Assembly (NCBI GenBank): GCA_973895155.1
Contig: OZ316892.1
Coordinates: 4,424,510-4,488,509, forward strand
Source: Marsupella aquatica
Taxonomy: Eukaryota; Plantae; Marchantiophyta
Direction: 5' to 3'
Length of the DNA stretch: 64,000 nt
Shown here: positions 50,481 through 62,039 of the stretch, one piece after another
How positions within the stretch are numbered: the stretch's first letter is position 1
Layout: every line of letters starts with the position of its first letter
Position numbers and translations under genes: made by a program
The notes under the pieces: generated by a model
What the model saw: only the letters and a program-made list of their open reading frames with translations
Databases searched by the model: none
Told to the model about the DNA's origin: nothing

Positions 50481-53400
50481 GTTGTTTCTACAAAATATAG
50501 AAGTATACAAAAATATGGGGAACATTCCGGTAAAAGGTTGGTCTCTACCATAGCATCGACAAGAAAGTTTCAGAAAGAAGTGAAGCGCCAAGAATTTAAT
50601 CCAGGTCGCACTCGAGTCCCAAGCGTCGTGGAAACTGAGGAAAGCCCATCAACGAGCTCCCTTTTCTCTGTCTAACCCCTCCTTCAGAATGCAATCTTGA
50701 AGCAAACTGTTGGGTGTGGGAGCTGGGAAGAGAACTGCGCCGATTGATTCTAATTGAGCTGAGCTGAACTGGAATGGAAAAATATAATCGATGCAGACCG
50801 AAGAAGGCTGCAGGATTTGCCGCCCCAGCTTAAGGTGACGATCACGAGAAGCAACGGGGCCTGCAATCAGCTTCTCCTTCAAAAGTGAGGACTGGTTCCT
50901 CCATGCTCCCCATCAGACCCCCCGATAGACAGATACGGACATCATCCTGGAAAATGGCTCGGCACCAAAGACTAGCGCTCAAAGTGTGCGGCAATTTGCG
51001 GTCCTGGTTTGCTGTAGCGATAGGTACTCGTTTGCCTCTGTACAAACTGCGGCTTCCTAACCGGACTCAATTGGGGGCGATGGGCTGGATTTGGGATTTA
51101 CAACTCGTCTTTCAATTCGGATTTTGTAGGGCTTCTTCGCATCATGGGGCAATACTCTGGCATTTGGCAGACTTTGCATCTGCCGTAGGCTCAGCATCAA
51201 TGACCTTTTGTTGGGTGAAACATCTTTGCTTGTTTCAGCTTGCCATGCCTGCCTGTTGGTGTCCTGTCTTGTTGGTTGCTTGGCTGTTTTGTTCTCGTTA
51301 CAAAGTTTGATTACCAGGGTTTAATTGGGTATCAGGGTTCTATTGATATGATTGCTTTTGTTTAACATAAATTTCTTGTTGATAATTGTCCTTGCTGATC
51401 AATCTTGGCGACATCTACAGGGATATCTAAACTCTAAATTGGCCCCACAGCATGTTTTGGGTCTGCGAGAATCTTAAGACAAATTCGTTTTAATCAATCT
51501 TCGTACGTGCAGGTGTCGCACTGCTATCCTCTTGTGTGGTAACTGCTGCTATGGCACCAATATCGAACTGCTACGCCTTGGATGCTGAAAAGCATCTATA
51601 CGATCTCGTATCCTTCTCTTCGTCTCACGACCGGGTTTTGTGAATGACTATTGCACATCATTGGACAATTTTACAGATACTTTTAAGTGATTTGAATCAA
51701 AGGGGACCTGAGGGCAAAAGGTTTCCTTTTATAAGTGGTAAGGGATGAGCAATATCTGTACCTAGACTGAAATTTCCCTGTAAAATCTCGTTGCTATAAC
51801 CTAAGAGGTGTGACTATGTAAGAGTCATGATGTAGTTGACAACTTCATGTCACAGTTTTGTTTTCAAAACTGTCAAAGTATTGTTTCTTTCCACAAATAA
51901 CCATGGCTTTGAAAACGGAATTATTAGTTGTGAAGAGAGATCTAGTAAGGTCAATGAAAACACGACACGAATTATAGAACAGAATCTTGTTTTCCCTCTT
52001 CGAAGCCTCGCCCACAGTTCTTTGTGCTCAGTGCGTGTTCATTTTGCATATGATGACTCTTCGGGTGATGTCCTTGAAAGCGCTGCCTATTCTATTCCTT
52101 GAACGGTTCTTCCAGACAGATCTTTATGGACTCGAATTCGAAAAAGAAATCGTATGTATCTCAATCAAATTTTCTCTCTAAAGCTATATTAGTTCTTTGA
52201 TAGCAATTGTCAGGATTGCTTCTTGGTCTGGTCGTGCGTTAAATAGAACTTCGTACTGTTGGCATGCCATAACCTTATCTCAGAATAATACATGTCTGAG
52301 GCGTTCTCATTGCCTGCAAATGTGCAGGACAGTAAGACATACAATTTACGGTTTTGTAAGGACTTTCAAGAGAGAAGCCAGGACTCAGTAAGGTTTTGGA
52401 TGCCATTTCAACATTATTCGTTCACTTGTAAAGTTTCTTTGTAGAATGAACGTTTTCGGATCCATCCCGGCTCACACATGACAATTGTGGCCAGAGTCAT
52501 CAGAATGTTTCAGGCATATTCAGATGGACATGCAATAATGAATTAAGAGATTATACAACTCTGTCAAAAGCTGTATTAAAAATAGTATGTTGAAGGTAGG
52601 TTTTGTAATTTCGTGAAATCTTGCCAAAGAAACATGTGTACATATCCTATGTTTCAGAATACCAATATTAAAGTTCTAGTAACCTACAGGGCTGAATCTC
52701 AGAGAATGCCCTCTCTGATAATGTCTACAGGGCTATGTCAGCTTTGGATCATATGAAACGGGGACCTCAGTCAAGTCTGTGTCCAAAGGAACTAGCCTCA
52801 TTCATGTGAGTTTTTTTCCATCATGTCCTTATTTAACAGCGCGTTTCCTTCGATAACATAGAGATGTGAGCCTTCTAAGGTTTTTACTGGCTGGAGTATC
52901 GCATCTCTCTTATTCATTTAAGATAGTTCATAGCTTCTGTGGAGTGGCTGAAGGCATGCGGTTTGACATATAAGATACAAAGCATTAGAATTACGGAGAT
53001 AGAATTCGCCGATTACATAGCTAGGTTCAAGTATTAGAGATTCATTCGTATAGACCTTTTCCCATAATTCAGGAATACAGACACGGTGACTTAAACAATT
53101 GCGAGCGTCATGGAACTGAATTCAATGGTCGCGAAACAGAGGTAACGACCATGCGCTGACTGCTGTGTCTTTGGATTTCATCACCATATTCCATGTTCTC
53201 GGATGCACTACCCAGACAACAAAGATTTGATCGTCCCAAAATTCTTTCTACCTTTTCAGGTTTCAATAGTTTGTGGAGACAGCTGCCCCAATGCAGGTGC
53301 TTGCAGAGGTGCGTAAATTTAATGATTTTCCTCATCTGTTGGGGGACCACTATCAACCAAACCCACAAGGCTGAGTCGCACACTCCCAATATGGAACCTT

Positions 53401-53605
53401 GTATTCACGTTTTGTCTCTGGCACCCACTGTGCTCTTTTAAAATCAAAATTTTAGATACAAACTTATATCTGTCATCTCACATCCTTGGCTTTACATTTT
53501 CCTCGAGTTGAAAGTTAGGCCTGCTAAGTATGTTGACATCGTAATCATTAGGCTTGCTGCATTTCATGCTATCAATTGCTAAACACCACTTTTGGTGCTG
53601 TGCAG

Positions 53606-56519
53606 ATCCATCAGGTTGTATTTGCAGTATTACATTTGACGTCATGGAAAGACCTTGCGCGTAAGTTCTCTCCCAGAATCCAGAGAGGAAGCATGGTATC
53701 TTGCCCTGTCATTGCCTGACAAGAACAAATTCCATACACATCAAGAAATATGATACCAAAGAAAAACCTCGCTTCCAAGCAGTAGCACCCTAACAGGCAG
53801 GACTGTATACTTTCTGTTGTCATTGTCGGTCCGTATCATCTGGTTTAGCTCTACTTGACTGAGGGGTCCCTCGTGGAATGAGTCCAGCAATATTTGAACA
53901 CGCATCCCTCAAGAGATATAAAACCATGAATCACACTTGTTGATCCTTTGCAGAGCATATGTGGTTCTCGCCGTCAGCTGTCCAATGCCAGGCCCTCGAG
54001 TCATCAGTGGTTTTACAGCTGGGTTCAGCCCTCGCGGTAAAGAAGTGGTATGTGTTTACCATTGGGTGCTAGAATGGATCGGGGGAAATGGCTCCGTTAA
54101 GGAATGCAAAGTCACTGTTACCAGGTTGTGAGTCCAGCACTGGGCGTTTGTCTATAACCTACTGCTTGATGTACATTTGTGAAGAAGAGTTTTGTTTCAG
54201 CTCAAACTGGCGCAAAAGATCCTAATGACTTGTATGCACAGGTGGCAGATGGTCTTACTCAGTGGGGTTATGAAAATGATGAACACTTAGATTACAGGTC
54301 AGTGTCTTTTTGCATGAGAATGTCAATTTTGGGGCGGGGGGAAATTGTCATTGCTTGATGCTACAGCTAGCTGATACCTTTCTCATTCAAGACATGAGCG
54401 TCTTCCGAACAAGTCTTCATTGGTCTTTTGTAGTTAACACTCTGCATTCGTCCTGCCGCAGCTTTGATACCTCACAATTACAAGTTTTTCTGTATTTTTC
54501 TGCACCAACACAAGTGGCGAAAGAAATTGGGAGAGCAACTATTGCTGTAGGTCCAATCATGAATGCGTTTTCCATAAATTCCTTATGTTTCTGCCTTGCT
54601 TGTTGGAACATAAAGTTTTTGTTTCGTGCTACGTTAATCATTACAGTGATGCCAACCTTTCTGCATGGATTTACTCTTTCCAGGCTTCTCCTTCAAAAGG
54701 ATTGGAAATCCAGCTGTCTGGCTCTGCTGCTTCTGGAACAGCACCTACTACTCTAACGCCATCTCTGTTGGAAGTACAATGGAGATGTGCGTTGTACTCA
54801 TACCTTGGCTCATTCCAGTTCGTGCAATTTGGTTTGTTCGTTTTGCCTATTTTTTACTTGCTCGAAACTGACAATAATTGTTTTGGTCCCGAACTCTGAT
54901 TTTACATAGGTCTCATCCTCAATTCTTTCTCTAATCTTGCAGGCGAAACAGCGAACACGTTCGTTGTAACAATTACCGTCCCTGTCAACGGCTATGATCC
55001 CATTGTTTTCTCTTTGCTGAAGATCTGTGGTAGGTTGAGCATGTTCCTTCCTAGAGAAGGCTGACTCCTGCATTGCCACAAGCTAATTTGGCATCTAATA
55101 TACTTTTCTTTGGCACGAATGAATTCAGTAGATTGTCTCAAGCTTATCATGCATGAACCGTCTGTTTCTATCTGGTTGATGTCAAGAAACGCCTTTCTAA
55201 CGTTACATATTGAAAATGATACAAAGCTTCCCTTACATATTCGGTTAGGCATGCACCACTAGTTTCTAGTGAGCGTATGATTTCTGGCAGAGCATTGCTG
55301 TCGAAGTTGAAATTTGCTGACTGGTTAGTGATGTTTCCTTAGCAGATTCCACGCAGACAAAGCAGGCAAATGCTTCGAGTGGATGGGCAACCTTCGGTGT
55401 TCTATCTTTCATGTACGTTACACAAGTCGTCAATTATCTGCTGGTCAGCTGATCTAGAATTGTGAGATATGGAAATATTGGGTAGGAAAGAAGATATGGG
55501 TCTCTTCAGCTGAACGATACCCAGACACTCTTGGCTCGACTTGAAAATCTATTCCCTATGAGCCGGTGACGGATTGTCTAGAAAGAAAGCCTTCAGAAGC
55601 GTCCACATGTAGAAATGCCATTCTCGCACTAAAGAGCTGGTTGTCTTTGCAGTTTTTTCGTCATGACAACAATGTGCTGCTGTGCTGGATTCCTGTATGG
55701 AACACGTGTGGAGAACAAGGTATTTTCGTTGGTTACATTCCGTACACGCTGGATTGGGGTCGATTCTACCATCTTTAGGATAGTGCGAGGCAAGAGATGC
55801 TTTTCGTTCTTAAAAGCCAACTTTACTGAACGGTAAAATGCAATAGAAGATGCAAGCCAATTTCAAATCCGAACATAAAATACAAGCCAATGCAAAATCT
55901 GTGCCAGATTTTCATATACTCCAGCTTTCGCCACTTAATTTCACCTGTCACGAGCTCCCCAACATCAAAGGAGTACTTATGTGGCAATGTTACTACCGTG
56001 GTGGGGCCATCATTCTCATTGAAGTTCCTTTCCATAGCTGCCACTTCCACCTCTTAGGAACTCCCACAACATCAAAGGAGTACTTATCTTGCGATGTTAC
56101 TGTCGTGATCGGGGCATCATTTCTGCAACACTGACCTAGCGCATCGATTCTCAATTGTGAACTTGCTTCTAACAACTGCTCTTGTAATCTCGCACAGCAT
56201 GGTTTGGAAGCTCTGCCTGGAATTGGTATCCTCTCCAGTTGTCTAGATGCGGTGGGTCTACTATCCTTGGAATTCAGCTCTATTTTAATGGAATAATCAC
56301 GTTGAATCTGGTTTCAACAGTTCCAGACACATGTTACTTGAGTGCATTTTAGCTTACGAGCTTTTCCTTACTACTTTGCAGGCCAGCAGCAATACTGGCG
56401 AATACAGGAGGGCAGAGGAAGGATCGTCAATCATCGGAGATTACTCGTTAAGAGACGATTCAAACGCAACCCCTCGAGTCGGTCTAAGGGCTGTGGATGG
56501 GCGATATGGTTCCGTTTGA
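53606..56519 (+). other. Possible spliced transcript (small GT-AG exons), coding status unclear
   Basis: Candidate exons 53606-53660, 53954-54036, 54242-54297, 54684-~54772 and 56382 onward have good polypyrimidine-CAG acceptors and GT donors. No recognisable product. Confidence 0.3.
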
Positions 56520-57527
56520 TGAGGTTTACATTTTGTTTGTAGCATATGAGAATTGACGGAATGGACTGAATGGAGAGAGCACTTAGAAAGCAAGGAAATC
56601 CCTCGTCATGCGCTTTTTCGAGATTCAGCAATGGCAGCTAGTTACTTTCAAAGAGACATTTTCTCGTGTACTGCCGACCTGGAGTCTTAGATTGAGGGAC
56701 TTCCATAGAAAGAGATGAGTTGTTTTGTCCAAAGAGCTGGGCGACGATTTTGGCTTTCAAATGATTGTTTCCCATTTGTCCAGTGGTTTCTCTAAATCTT
56801 TCATTCTCACATTGTGACAACTCTAGAGGCCAATCTGTGGCTGATCATTACGATCATTAGTAACCTTCTAGCCACGTAAAGTGAATTTTGATACAGTCGG
56901 CTGTTAATGCATCTCCGACTATCAAAGCTCCTCGACATTCAAGACTCTGTAGCAAGACTGTAGGCCTTTACTCACAGCTAAGAATGAATGAATGAATGAA
57001 TGAATAGAGGCGAGAGCGTTTCTTGTCCAGAGTGTTTTCAGGATGACTGGGTGGGACTCCAAGATTTCAGAGGCCTTGATTGCTTCGAATTGAAAATGTG
57101 TATCAGCGATCATTTGGAAAACAAAAATTCTAGTCACTATCTCAAAATACCTGTCACTAAGTGTCGTCGTCAATATACAGCATTAAGAGAATTGACATTG
57201 GTGTCCCCACCCCACAAGGCGGCATCACCTGAGGTGCTATCCCCCTGTCCTATACAAGATCAGAGATGAACAACAAATTTATTTGAAGGGCTGCTTTTCA
57301 CATTGTCTTCTTTCGCCCAGTATAAATTGTACACTACTCGTTGTAAACTCCATATCTTTTGTACAAATCCAAAATGTCGGCGGGAACTCAATGCCAGGAA
57401 CGCTCACCTTACGAGGCAAAGGCCACAGAACAAATAATCGACAAGGGGCTCAAACCGAAGAGCTATGGACTCCATGATATCCCATTCTTTCGTAGCAAAA
57501 TATCTACAAGTTTCACTCTCCTCTATA

Positions 57528-58743
57528 TCAATCTCTTCGGGGGAATGAAAATTTCATGACTTCCATCCAGACTAGTTTAGCTTCCTCGTCACTTAGGCCT
57601 TGAACAGTTCCGTAGATCTCATCTTGCAAACCTTCAGTCCCAACCATAAACGAGAGGCGCATCAGCTTCGCCAGAGCACGTGGAGAGGTCCTTTCGTTCA
57701 CCAGATAACTCCGTGAATGATGTCCTCTTGAACACACTTTCCTAGGCCTATCCATCTCACGGTTTTGGTTCACAATGTAATTTCGTAAGTGAAGTTCCTT
57801 CACGCACGTCTTTCTCAGCCTCTCCATCTCATACTTTTCTGCTGTAGCCAACACTTCCTCAGTCATGGCGAGGGCCGTGCTCAGATCCACCGTAATCTTC
57901 ATTGAGTTGTGGAATTTGTTGCAATGTTCCGTCTCGCACCTGTCTTTTAGTGAGCTTATCTCATATTTTTGAGCAATATGTGTGACTTCGTCAAGATCCA
58001 TGCCCACGCTAAATATGATATCAGCAGTGTAACAGTACTTGACAACTGCTTCAATTGTGGAAAGAGAAGCGTCAGATATATGTACTTTGCCAGTCTCCCT
58101 CTCGAGCATTTGCAACGAAAACATGCTTTTAAACACTGGCGACACACCGGCCTGCCGACCATAAAATAGTTAAGATTTGAGATCATGCCATCGATTTGAG
58201 CGTAAGATCGCACATCTACAGCAACAGCAAAAGCATACAAAAGTTACTTTCTTTCCATGGCAGATCATCGCCAATCTAAAACTTCGTTGAACCTGACATT
58301 GTGCGTACTAGTGGAATAAAGTTTAATTTGTCACGAGATCTAGTTTCGACACCATCGTTCTCTTTTGTGGAATCAAATGAGTTGATTTCGGACCATCGCA
58401 GGCAGACTCCAAGAGCTGCGGGGTCGACTCTCACCAAAATGGATCGATGCGCTGTGATTTGCTTCCCGTCACTGATGACAAAGCAGACCATTGGATCCTC
58501 TTCAGCACTCGTGCTTGGCGCTGCAGAGTGACAATCCGCCAAGAAGCGCACATTTCTTCGAAGGATCTCGAGCTCCTTCTCCACGGTTTCGTCACAAGTT
58601 CCACATTCGACATCTGCCGCTGCTGGAGGAGATTGATTGCAGCGCTGTTCCTCTTCGAAATCAGGAAATTTCCTCTTCCGGCTCTTTCTTCTCCTGCAAT
58701 TAACATACTCCGTGCAGATTGTACATCTGTGTTGCTTCCACAT
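57528..58743 (-). CDS. BTB/POZ domain protein (At4g08455-like CUL3 adaptor family), ~310 aa, 2 exons
   Basis: Exons 58743-58435 and 58151-57528 (TTG|GTGAGA...GGCAG|GCC, phase 0) join DGKQITAHRSIL to AGVSPVFKSMF...ETGKVHISDAS...VKYCYTA...AQKYEISSLKDRCE. N-terminal CxxC...CGTC plus a coiled stretch resembles the At4g08455 type. Confidence 0.88.
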
Positions 58744-59249
58744 ATTTCGAGTGACAGCTTACTACTCAAAGTCCAGCATGAAGAAGTCCCGTCAAGAAAT
58801 CATTGCACGGGGGAGACTTTTCAGCCTGCATCCACCTTGACGACGAACTGGATCCTCCTCTCACCTTCTCCCGGAAACCTTACAGAGAACTTTTGACGTG
58901 AAATGCTGGATCAGATGTATACGACTTGATTCAATCGTGGTGCTAAAGGTCTGTACCGGATGGTTTTGGACCTTTGCCTTAATGCTACGTCGCCCTGATC
59001 ATAGGAGATACTGGACAGAACAGCACTTACGTGGTGTGCAGCCCCTAGCCGTTGCTACACAAGATGTACCATATCGTAAGCGTAAGCAGCATAACCAGCA
59101 GAGATGCTGCCCTGGAGATGGTTTGATTTGGATTCAATTTGAATAATTCCAGCGCTGGGGCAGCTGCTATAAGTTGACCGACCGCTGCCCCACTCACCAT
59201 CCAGCTCCTCATGGGTTCAAATGAACACTCTGAACGTTGGCTCATTCGA

Positions 59250-60135
59250 AATTCCACCGTCTATCTTTCGGATTTCAACAGCAGGTCTCACTTAAATCGA
59301 ATCGTTCTCCTTCCGGGGCCCCGCGTAGGTCGACTCTTTGCCCTACTAAAATTTTGATGAAAACCTTTCATTGCACATCAATTATGTCAAAAAAGTTGTT
59401 GCTACACATTTGTACGTAAGCCCACTGATTTCCAGATTTCCACTGTCCACCTTTCGGATTCCAAGCGCAGGTCTCACTTAATTAAAGTCATTCTCCTTCC
59501 CCGGCCTCGGCCCGCCGACCCTTTGCCCTCCTCAAACTTTAAAGAAAAAGCTTCATTGCACATAATTATGCCACAATTTTGTTGCCATACATTCCCAAGT
59601 AAGCTCATTCACACTTTCCACCATCCATCTTTCGGATTTCAAGAGCAGGTCGCACTTGAATTAATTCATTCTCCTTCCCTGTCCCCGCGAAGGGAGTCGA
59701 CTCTTTGCCCTGCACCGACTTTGAAGAAAAAGCTTCATTGCACACAATCATGCCATAATTTGGTTGCTTCACATTTCTACGGTGCCTCCATTCAAATTCT
59801 TCGCCGTCCCCCTATCGCATTTGAAGAGCAGGTCTCAATATATTAGAGTCATTCTCCTTCCCCAGCCCCGCGTAGGTCGACTCATGATCTTTGAATTGCC
59901 CCCTCCTGCTTCGAAGAAACAGCTTCACTGCACATAATCATGCCACAGTTTTGCTGCTACACATTTGTACGTAAGCTCTTTCAAATTTACCACCGTCCGC
60001 CTTTCGGAATTCAAGACCACGTCTCACGTAATCTGAGTCATTCTACTCGTCGCCCACCTCAAACTTCGAAGAAAAAGCTTCATTGCACACGTACTATACA
60101 GTCAAATCACCCAGGCAACAATTTTGCTGCGACAC
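59250..60135. repeat. ~184-bp tandem array (~5 units)
   Basis: CCACCGTCC.CCTTTCGGATT.CAAG.GCAGGTCTCACTT...CATTCTCCTTCCC...AAAAAGCTTCATTGCACA recurs near 59254, 59440, 59618, 59802 and 59990. Confidence 0.92.
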
Positions 60136-60153
60136 AGTGGTCCGCAAACTTTG

Positions 60154-60682
60154 TCAGATGTTCTCAAACCTGGGTCGGTTGCGATTGGAATTGTATTTGG
60201 CAATGTCATCGACACTGTAATCGCCGAAGCCGCTGCTCTCGACGCCCTGCAGGCCGCCTCTCAAGTAGTCGGTGCCGAAGGTATACATGTCTCGGCCCTT
60301 GCAAGTCCACCTCAGCTGCCCGTTGATGCGGTCGTAGAAATAGCACTCCACAGTGGCATTTGTCCATTTCTGATTGATCGAGTTTCTCTCGTATCCGGCA
60401 CGGATGAGGAAATCTCCTTCGTTCGCTTGGAAATGGGGCCCATATATGCCCATTTGCACCTTGACTACGTAGTGGGGATTAAAGGAGGTTCCCGCGTACA
60501 CTGGGTTTTCCTTCTTTTCGCGTTTGTGCTCATTGTCCCAGAAAATGCGAATAATGATGTCTCCAGCTTTGGGCCCGAAGTCGGGGGACACTTCGTGGAA
60601 GTTGCTAGAGTTGTAGGGCTGCCAACTGTAGTTTGGCTTGTTGAATTCGAGGTGCTGTGGCCAATTCTCATTTGAATTCAAT
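60154..60682 (-). CDS. Hypothetical protein or terminal exon (~175 aa, W/Y/F/G/N-rich), family not recognised
   Basis: Uninterrupted protein-like ORF between two tandem arrays. The first ~18 aa of the ORF call come from the repeat. Possible acceptor TCCAG| just before 60682. Confidence 0.5.
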
Positions 60683-60683
60683 C

Positions 60684-61268
60684 TGGACATATTTTTGTAA
60701 ATCATGCAAAGATGATTATTTAGCTTACTATACAAATATAATTATTTAGCTACTTAATGCCCATGTTGATTTTTCTCTTTGATTGTAATTTTGGATGCTT
60801 CATGGACAAGAATCCACTTGCAATCGTGCAAAGTAATTATTTAGCCAACTTATTGACCTTCTTAATTTTTCTGTTTGTAGTTTTGGGTGCTTTGTGGAGA
60901 AGAATGCACTGGACACATTTGGCCAATCATCCAAAGATTATTATTTGGCCAACTGAATGACCTTCTTGATTTTCTCTTTGTGGTTTGAAGTGCTTCATTT
61001 TCGCTAATAGTGAAAGATAGGTGTAGTTAACTTAAAGCCCTTCATTATTGTTCTGTTTGTAATTTTGGACCGGTGCTTTATTGAGAAGAATGCACCGGAG
61101 ACATTTTTGCCAATCATGTAAAGATAACTAGCCATCTTGATGACTTTTTTAATTTTTCCTTTGCAATTTGCGCTGGAGACATTTTTGTCAATCATGCAAA
61201 GATAATTAGCCAACTTAATGCCCTTTGTCGCTTTCTTATTTGGAGTTTTGTGGAGAAGAATGCACACT
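60684..61268. repeat. Degenerate ~80-110-bp tandem array
   Basis: GGAGACATTTTTG.CAATCATGCAAAGAT.ATTAGCCAACTT and GGAGAAGAATGCAC recur several times. Confidence 0.85.
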
Positions 61269-61634
61269 TGAGATTTGGACCGGGGTATTATGAAACTTCT
61301 CAGATATTTTTACTAAAACTAGGGCCTTTCAAGAGTGTATTACAGGTAGTAATTAAAATGATGACAATTTAGTGAGTTTTTAGTTGCCTCTCAATGCAAC
61401 CATCAACTCTAGTACTTGTTGATTTGAGAAGGAGAGCATTTGCCAAGTGTTAAGTGAGGATTAGCTTGAGCTTCTGAATTGAACGTCTACTTGCATGGGA
61501 CAATGGACATTTTTCATATCTTAAAATTGGATGCCAAAGCCAATTTTTGAAAGAAAAGCCCGTCTAAAACCAAAAATAATTTGCACATCAATATAACTCT
61601 ATAATTGGAGTTGAAATTAATATTCATTATCATT

Positions 61635-62039
61635 CTAGTGTTGCAGAAAATCTAACCTCCATGCTGAAGTTCTAGTGTTGAGGATGAACAATTGTGCAGA
61701 TTTCCCATGGTGCCAAGTCCACTCATCAAGATCATCATTCTTGAAATAGCCCAGGCGAAGGACCATGGTAACGTTCCCCGTCCCATATTTACCTGCATCT
61801 TTATACCATACAAAGGGTCGTGCTTCCCTTCCCATATCCTTGTAGAATTCATATTTATGGAAGCTAACTACGCCCCCAACATCTAGCTTATCATTCCAAC
61901 CCCGGGTCCACCTTCCCCGTTTATTTCTAAAATGGTTCAATCCACCAATAAGTTCTGTCATCAGTGGGTTTGGTAAATTTAAATGACTCACTTTTAGATT
62001 GACACTCTGATCACATTGGACTAAAGCCCATGTTGCCAC
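61635..62039 (-). CDS. Hypothetical protein, exon or pseudogene (134 aa, Trp-rich), family not recognised
   Basis: Protein-like ORF (RWTRGWNDKLDVGG...PFVWYKDAGKYGTGNVTMVLRLGY...EWTW). No ATG at the ORF start and an in-frame stop just upstream. Confidence 0.35.
   Translation of the reverse strand: MATWALVQCDQSVNLKVSHLNLPNPLMTELIGGLNHFRNKRGRWTRGWNDKLDVGGVVSFHKYEFYKDMGREARPFVWYKDAGKYGTGNVTMVLRLGYFKNDDLDEWTWHHGKSAQLFILNTRTSAWRLDFLQH

Noticed and set aside
60124-60675. 183-aa plus-strand ORF
   Set aside because: Probably an antisense shadow of the minus-strand ORF, which looks more protein-like; no recognisable motif.
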